Positions 7,916 through 13,183 of a stretch of DNA of 13,183 nt are shown in pieces (position 1 is the first letter of the stretch; each line of letters starts with the position of its first letter). The notes under the pieces were generated by a model. That model was not told the DNA's origin, ran no database searches, and saw only the letters and a list, made by a program, of their open reading frames with translations. A program made the translations under genes and the position numbers. Source of the DNA: Archangiaceae bacterium (lineage in GTDB: Bacteria > Myxococcota > Myxococcia > Myxococcales > Myxococcaceae); contig JAYVCD010000329.1 in the NCBI GenBank assembly GCA_043750125.1, positions 1 to 13,183 on the forward strand, written 5' to 3'.

Positions 7916-10900
7916 GAAGCCTCCTCGCCCAGGACCGGGGTGGACAAGGCGCGCCAGATTTTTTCAGCCTGCTCGTCCCATCGGGTGATTTGCATGCGTC
8001 GGGAAGCCTCGGCACTGATCTCTTCGCGCAACGAACTGTTTTCGACCGCTTCGACCAGCTGTTCTGCAACACAAGACGCGGTCGGGCGCGCGAGCAGGCA
8101 GTTTCGGCGATGACTGAACAGCCAATCATTGGCTGCATTTTCGTTCGTCACCACGGTGACTCCACACGCCATCATCTCGAGCGGCAGATAAGAGGGATGA
8201 CGGGTGAACATGAAGCACAGGCCCACATCGGTGGTCCGGTAGAGCCGAGCCGTCTCTTCATAGGGTAGGACTGCGAAATTTTCGAGGACGCCCTCGACCT
8301 CGAACGTGGCGGGGTCCCACGCCTCGCCCGCGGCGAAGATTTGAACATCGTCACCTCGCCGTGCCTTCAGTTGGCGCAGTGCTTCGATTCCCAGCTCGAA
8401 GCCGTTGCGATCAATGGACGGCCGCCCATAGAAAAACACCCGTACCGGCTTCTGCGACCGCGTCCGTCCGTGAGAGTGAAACAGCGCATGATCGACCGCG
8501 GGCTCGAACCACGCGCCAGTCATCGGATGTTGGGCGGTCACGTAGTCGTGCAGGCCGCGGGTGTTGAACAGCCCGAGGAAGCCCAGGTCATAAGTATTGG
8601 AAGCCAGCGCACTCAAAGTTCCTGCCGGATAGAACATCGGCTCGTAGTCCTGAACGAAATAAGCCCGCTGGTGCACCCGGGGGTGGCGAAGCAGAAAGTA
8701 GGCGCCGGTCCACATCGTCGCGATTCCGAAATCGCATTCAGCGAGGTTTTCAACGGCAGCCGCGCTCTTCAGGACTTCGAATTTCCCCGGAAGGACAGGG
8801 AAAATCGTCGCAACCTTCGCTTCCATCTCGCGCGCGGTGACGTGGGGGTTGTCGTAGATGACGAACTGGTTTTCCACGCCGTGGTTGCGGCGCCACTCAT
8901 CGGCAAAACGCAGCAGGGTGTGGACGCCGCCGAAGGGGTGATCGAAAAACGGCAGAAACCAGGTCAGCCGCCGTGGGACGCGGGAGCCCGCGGCGCGGAA
9001 GCCGAGATCCTTCGAGCCGAAATCGAGGGTCCGCGCCATGCCCTGCACCCGTCGGGTATGGGTGACCCGTCCGCCCGAGAGGCCCCCTTTCGAGCCGAGG
9101 ACCTGCAGCGCAAATTCGAGCGGGCCAGGCTCTTCGGGTGCCCGAAGCCGCGGGTCGGTCGAGGCGAGCGAGAGCCTCGGGCTGAAGCCGGGGTCGTGGC
9201 TCAAGAACGGTTGGTAGGCGCGAAACGATTCCCAGAAGTCACTGGTGGGGATCTGGTCGTTTCGTCGACTGGCCGACTCGTGATGAATCAGAATCGAGTG
9301 CGGGGTGTAGACGACGCGCTTCCCGCCCTGGGCTGCGCGCAAACACAGGTCGACATCACCGCCGCAGACGGTGAACCTTTCGTCAAAGCCCTTCAGGGCC
9401 TCGAAGAGGTCTCGTCGCATCATCAAGCAGGCGGAAGTGACCGCGAGGCAGTCTCGCCCCCAGTCGACGCGACCGAACGCGGTCCAACGGCCGTCGTCTG
9501 GAAGTCCAGCGAAGACGTGACCTGCAAAGCCACCCATTCCGACGACGACTCCGGCGTGCTGAAGGGTGCGGTCTGGGAACAACAGCTTGGCTCCGACCAC
9601 TGCAACTTCGGGGTCGAGTGCGCGATCGAGCAGGGCATCGAGCCACGCCGGGTCGAAGGCTTCGATGTCGTTGTTGAGAAACAACAGCAATTCGCCCCGG
9701 GCGTGCTGCGCTCCGAAGTTGTTCAGCTTTGAGTAATGAAAAGGCTCGTCCCACGTGATCGCGGTGATGCGCGGGTTCTCGAGTGATGCGAGCAGCGCCA
9801 ACGTCTGGGGCTCGACGCTGTTGTTCGAGACGAGGATGACCTCGAAGTTCTGGTACGCGGTGGCGCTGTCAAGAGACTGAAGCAGCGCCTTGAGCAGGGC
9901 GGGCTTGTCTTTGAACGGCACGATGATCGAAACCAGCGGCTTCGCGATGCGCACCGGACGCACGTGGTAGCGACTTGAATCTCGCGCTACGACTGCGTTG
10001 ATCCCGACCCGCCGAACGTGCGCTTCGAGCGCGCGCTGACCGCTGGCGCTGACGAAGTCCCGACTGCGCGGGTTTTCTCTGCCGGCCCGGGTGTAGAGAA
10101 TTTCCGCGACGTGTCCCAGGGCCGCGCCTTTTTCGACCTCTCGCCAGACCAGGTCGTACAGGTCGGGAAGATCGACAAACAACGGGGAGCGAACGAACAA
10201 ACCCCGCGAGACCAGGTCGCACGAGGACAGCAACTCGATTGCGAGGTCGGGCTTGAAAAAGGGATCACTGCGGTGGCCAAGATCGTCGAGGCGATCTTCG
10301 TCGCTGTAGACAAGGGCTACGTCTGGTTTGGCTGCAGCAGCGATTTCCGCAAAAGCGTGCGGAGCGAGTCGGTCACCCGGTTCGACGCGCGTCACCCATT
10401 CTTTCTTTGCGCTCGCATTCCGGGTGAGTGACACTTGGCTGTTGGTCAGCGCTTGAAGCTGGGCTCGAGTCGCGGTGTCGAGATTCGGGTCCGCAACGAG
10501 CTGTACTTCCCACGTCAAAATGGATTGAGCCCGAATTGAAGCGAGGGTGACCGCAACGCCCTGGGCAGTGGAAACCGGGACCAGCACCGTAAAAGTTCCC
10601 GCTGGGACGGGGCGCAGCTGGGCGAGGCGTTCGCCCTCTCGCGCGGCGACCCAGTCGGGGTAACTGCGGCCCCCGCGTGCGGCCGGACCCGAGAGAAGGC
10701 GGGCGATGTGTTGATTGAAGGCGCTCTGGCCACGAAGCAGCTGTTGCCAAACCGAAGCTGATTCCGAACCGGGGTCGCGGCCCAGCCTCTCGAGCTCGGC
10801 CACCCGCGGGGCGATGTCCTCGTGGCCTACTTTCTCGAGGACTGCGATGACTGCTTGATTCCATTCGCGTTGGCGAGCGAGGGCGACCTCGAGAAGAGGA

Positions 10901-11427
10901 CCCACGGCTTTGAGGTAGGCCCTTTTGGACAGCTCGACCAGCGGGCCTTTGAGTCCAGCGCGGTGGCTCTTCACCCGCCAGGCGGTGGGGTCTGCCAACG
11001 AGCCCAACCTTCGCCGAACCCAACCGCGGTCCGAAGGCGGCGAGCCGAGCACCGACTTCAACACTTCGACCAACGCGCGGTTGAATTCGACTTGAGGCCT
11101 CAGCGCCTCGAGATGAAAGCCTTTGAGCCCGCGCTTCACCCACCCCCCAGGAGAATTGAGCGCCGCCGTATCGTGGAACAGGTTCGACAGCCGCAGCGCA
11201 CGGTCGAGTTCTGAAGGAGCTGTGGGGCTGCCGGCAGCGCTTGCACCTTCGAGCAGCTTGCGAAACGTGGCCTCGTGCGCGGCGACCGTCCGGCTGAATC
11301 GACCGTACTGAGCGCGCGCGCTCGAGAGCGCCTCATGTTGGGCGATAATCATCTCGGTCAAGGTCGCCGCAGAGGGCGTCCCTTCGAGATCCGCGGCTGA
11401 GATCTCGGTCGAGCCGAAGTCGTTCAT
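7912..11427 (-). CDS. Multidomain glycosyltransferase (~1171 aa): helical module, degenerate GT2, GT2, and a WsaF-like (GT4, rhamnosyltransferase-type) domain
   Basis: GT2 motifs YSDED/FFKPD, VSIIVPFKD, FLNNDIE, LQHAGVVVG and GGDVDLCLR. C-terminal WsaF-like motifs FGGVHTLLRF, YFVQDYEPMFYPAG, FFYGRPSIDRNGFEL and HPSYLPLEMMACG. The start is set at ATG 11427 because the longer track ORF overlaps rmlB. Confidence 0.92.
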   Translation of the reverse strand: MNDFGSTEISAADLEGTPSAATLTEMIIAQHEALSSARAQYGRFSRTVAAHEATFRKLLEGASAAGSPTAPSELDRALRLSNLFHDTAALNSPGGWVKRGLKGFHLEALRPQVEFNRALVEVLKSVLGSPPSDRGWVRRRLGSLADPTAWRVKSHRAGLKGPLVELSKRAYLKAVGPLLEVALARQREWNQAVIAVLEKVGHEDIAPRVAELERLGRDPGSESASVWQQLLRGQSAFNQHIARLLSGPAARGGRSYPDWVAAREGERLAQLRPVPAGTFTVLVPVSTAQGVAVTLASIRAQSILTWEVQLVADPNLDTATRAQLQALTNSQVSLTRNASAKKEWVTRVEPGDRLAPHAFAEIAAAAKPDVALVYSDEDRLDDLGHRSDPFFKPDLAIELLSSCDLVSRGLFVRSPLFVDLPDLYDLVWREVEKGAALGHVAEILYTRAGRENPRSRDFVSASGQRALEAHVRRVGINAVVARDSSRYHVRPVRIAKPLVSIIVPFKDKPALLKALLQSLDSATAYQNFEVILVSNNSVEPQTLALLASLENPRITAITWDEPFHYSKLNNFGAQHARGELLLFLNNDIEAFDPAWLDALLDRALDPEVAVVGAKLLFPDRTLQHAGVVVGMGGFAGHVFAGLPDDGRWTAFGRVDWGRDCLAVTSACLMMRRDLFEALKGFDERFTVCGGDVDLCLRAAQGGKRVVYTPHSILIHHESASRRNDQIPTSDFWESFRAYQPFLSHDPGFSPRLSLASTDPRLRAPEEPGPLEFALQVLGSKGGLSGGRVTHTRRVQGMARTLDFGSKDLGFRAAGSRVPRRLTWFLPFFDHPFGGVHTLLRFADEWRRNHGVENQFVIYDNPHVTAREMEAKVATIFPVLPGKFEVLKSAAAVENLAECDFGIATMWTGAYFLLRHPRVHQRAYFVQDYEPMFYPAGTLSALASNTYDLGFLGLFNTRGLHDYVTAQHPMTGAWFEPAVDHALFHSHGRTRSQKPVRVFFYGRPSIDRNGFELGIEALRQLKARRGDDVQIFAAGEAWDPATFEVEGVLENFAVLPYEETARLYRTTDVGLCFMFTRHPSYLPLEMMACGVTVVTNENAANDWLFSHRRNCLLARPTASCVAEQLVEAVENSSLREEISAEASRRMQITRWDEQAEKIWRALSTPVLGEEAS

Positions 11428-11518
11428 CCCGCAGGCTCGTATCTCCCTTGGAGCGAGGGCGTCAACGCTGCCCGGCCATCGTTGAGTCCGCAGGCTCTTC
11501 GCGATAGAGGCGCTGACC
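11428..11518. promoter_or_regulatory. 91-bp divergent intergenic region with candidate back-to-back promoters
   Basis: Minus strand: TTGACG (11465-11460), 18 nt, TACGAG (11441-11436). Plus strand: TTGAGT (11482-11487), 17 nt, TAGAGG (11505-11510). Inverted repeat at 11462-11470 and 11477-11485. Both -10 matches are weak. Confidence 0.45.
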
Positions 11519-12535
11519 ATGAACGTGCTGGTCACTGGCGGTTGCGGCTTCATCGGCTCGAACCTGGTGCGGTACCTGCGACAGGTCCGACCCAGTTGGA
11601 AACTGATTAATCTCGACAAGCTGACGTACGCGGGAAACCTCGAGAACCTCAAAGAGCTCGAAGGGGACGACAAGCACGTCTTCATCCGCGGTGACATCAA
11701 TGACAAGCAGATGCTCGCCCAGTTGTTTGCCACTCACGCGATCGACTCTGTGATGCACCTGGCGGCCGAGAGCCACGTCGACCGTTCGATTCTCGGGCCT
11801 GAAGAGTTCATCGTCGCCAACGTGCTGGGCACCCAGATTCTGCTCGAGGCCGCGCGGGCCGCGAAGGTGAAGCGATTCCTGCAGGTCTCCACGGACGAGG
11901 TGTACGGCTCGCTCGGACCCACCGGCGCGTTCAGCGAGACGAGCCCGTTGCAGCCTTCCAGCCCCTATTCGGCCTCGAAGACCTCGGCCGATTTGATCGC
12001 GCTGGCGTGGCACCACACGTTCGGAATGGACGTAGTCGTCACCCGCTGTTCGAACAACTACGGCAGCTTTCAGTTTCCCGAAAAGCTCATCCCGCTGATG
12101 GTCGACAACGCCTTCAAGGACAAGCCGCTGCCCGTCTACGGCGACGGGGCGAACGTGCGCGATTGGCTTCACGTCGAGGACCACTGCTCGGCCCTGCTGG
12201 TGGCGCTCGAGAAAGGAAAGGCCGGCGAGGTCTACAACATCGGTGGCAACTCAGAGCGGCAGAACATTCAGATCGTGAAGCGGATCCTCCAGCTCACCGG
12301 GAAGACCGAAGCGCTGATCAAATACGTCAAAGATCGCCCCGGCCACGATCGCCGCTATGCGATCGACCCGACCAAGATTCGCACCGAGCTGGGCTGGACG
12401 CCGAAGCACACTTTCGAAGCCGGGCTCGAGTCGACGGTGAAGTGGTACCTCGACAACCGCGGCTGGGTCGACCGGGTCACCACCGGTGCCTACCGGGCGT
12501 ACTTCGAGACCCAGTACCGGGCCCGATTGTCTTGA
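11519..12535 (+). CDS. rfbB: dTDP-glucose 4,6-dehydratase (RmlB/RfbB)
   Basis: Motifs VTGGCGFIGS, LDKLTYAGNLENL, HLAAESHVDRSI, VSTDEVYG, PYSASK, RCSNNYG, RDWLHVEDH and DRPGHDRRYAID. Confidence 0.98.
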   Translation: MNVLVTGGCGFIGSNLVRYLRQVRPSWKLINLDKLTYAGNLENLKELEGDDKHVFIRGDINDKQMLAQLFATHAIDSVMHLAAESHVDRSILGPEEFIVANVLGTQILLEAARAAKVKRFLQVSTDEVYGSLGPTGAFSETSPLQPSSPYSASKTSADLIALAWHHTFGMDVVVTRCSNNYGSFQFPEKLIPLMVDNAFKDKPLPVYGDGANVRDWLHVEDHCSALLVALEKGKAGEVYNIGGNSERQNIQIVKRILQLTGKTEALIKYVKDRPGHDRRYAIDPTKIRTELGWTPKHTFEAGLESTVKWYLDNRGWVDRVTTGAYRAYFETQYRARLS

Positions 12536-13183
12536 AGATCCTCGTCACCGGCGCCAACGGCCTGGTCGGCCAACGGTTGTGCCGCCTTCTGGCAAGCCAT
12601 GGCGTCGAGGTCATCGCCGCCGGCCGCGGCCCCGCGCGCTTCGAATGCGAGGGGGTGCGCTACATCGCGATCGACTTCACGCTGACCGAGCAGGTCACCG
12701 CCCTGCTCGCGGTGCACCAGCCTGACGCAGTGGTGAACCCCGCCTCGATGACCGACGTAGACGGTTGCGAGAAGGCGCCGTGGGAAGCCTACCTGGCCAA
12801 TGCCGCCTTTCCGGCGCAACTGGCAGTGCTCTCGAAGTCGATGGGCTTTCATCTCGTGCACGTCTCGACCGACTACGTCTTCGACGGTGCCAACGGCCCC
12901 TATGGCGTGGACGATGTCCCCAACCCGCGCGGGGTCTACGCCGTCACCAAGATGATGGGTGAGCAGGCAGTGCGTTCGTTCGGCGGGTCCTGGGCGATTG
13001 CCCGTACGGCGGTAGTGTATGGCTGGCCGGCTGCAGGTCGGAACAACTTCGGCTCATGGCTGGTCTCTTCGCTGTCCGAGAAAAAGGGCGTCAAGCTGTT
13101 CACCGATCAGTTCGTCAGCCCCAGCCTGGCGCTGAATGTGGCCGCAATGATTGGCGAGCTGGCCGAACGAAAGCTGACGGGCA
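12532..13183 (+). CDS. rfbD: dTDP-4-dehydrorhamnose reductase (RmlD/RfbD)-family SDR, truncated at the 3' end by the window edge
   Basis: Absent from the ORF track; translated by hand from TTG 12532 (TTGA overlap with the rfbB stop): MKILVTGANGLVGQRL...NPASMTDVDGCE...LVHVSTDYVFDG...PNPRGVYAVTK...FTDQFVSPS. Confidence 0.88.
   Translation, partial: MKILVTGANGLVGQRLCRLLASHGVEVIAAGRGPARFECEGVRYIAIDFTLTEQVTALLAVHQPDAVVNPASMTDVDGCEKAPWEAYLANAAFPAQLAVLSKSMGFHLVHVSTDYVFDGANGPYGVDDVPNPRGVYAVTKMMGEQAVRSFGGSWAIARTAVVYGWPAAGRNNFGSWLVSSLSEKKGVKLFTDQFVSPSLALNVAAMIGELAERKLTG

Noticed and set aside
3173-9732. Long plus-strand ORFs (365, 258, 201, 315 and 463 aa) and the 368-aa same-strand alternative frame
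   Set aside because: Expected shadow ORFs of GC-rich coding DNA. All overlap well-supported genes and lack motifs.
11428-12184. Extension of the large GT to 11733, and the 240-aa ORF antisense to rfbB
   Set aside because: Both overlap the highly conserved rfbB on the opposite strand and are antisense artefacts.

Overview
GC-rich bacterial surface-polysaccharide (O-antigen or cell-surface glycan) locus with two divergent units separated by a 91-bp gap. The minus strand carries a tightly coupled operon: a ~1171-aa multidomain glycosyltransferase (helical N-terminal module, GT2, GT2, WsaF-like GT4), a 309-aa GT2, a ~812-aa paralogous double-GT2 protein, a WbsX/GH99-like protein with a coiled-coil-like tail, a ~772-aa polytopic membrane protein, a class I SAM methyltransferase, and a frameshifted Acyl_transf_3 (OafA-like) fragment. 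That fragment is cut at position 100 by what looks like an IS21-family terminus. The plus strand carries rmlB/rfbB and an rmlD-like gene that runs off the window. The main points of interest are the IS end and the hidden pseudogene (neither is in the ORF track as a gene), a three-repeat Q-x-x-[FW]-N module shared by the two large GTs, reciprocal degeneration of their GT2 domains, and a symmetric divergent promoter-like region. All calls rest on motif recognition by eye; no searches were run.
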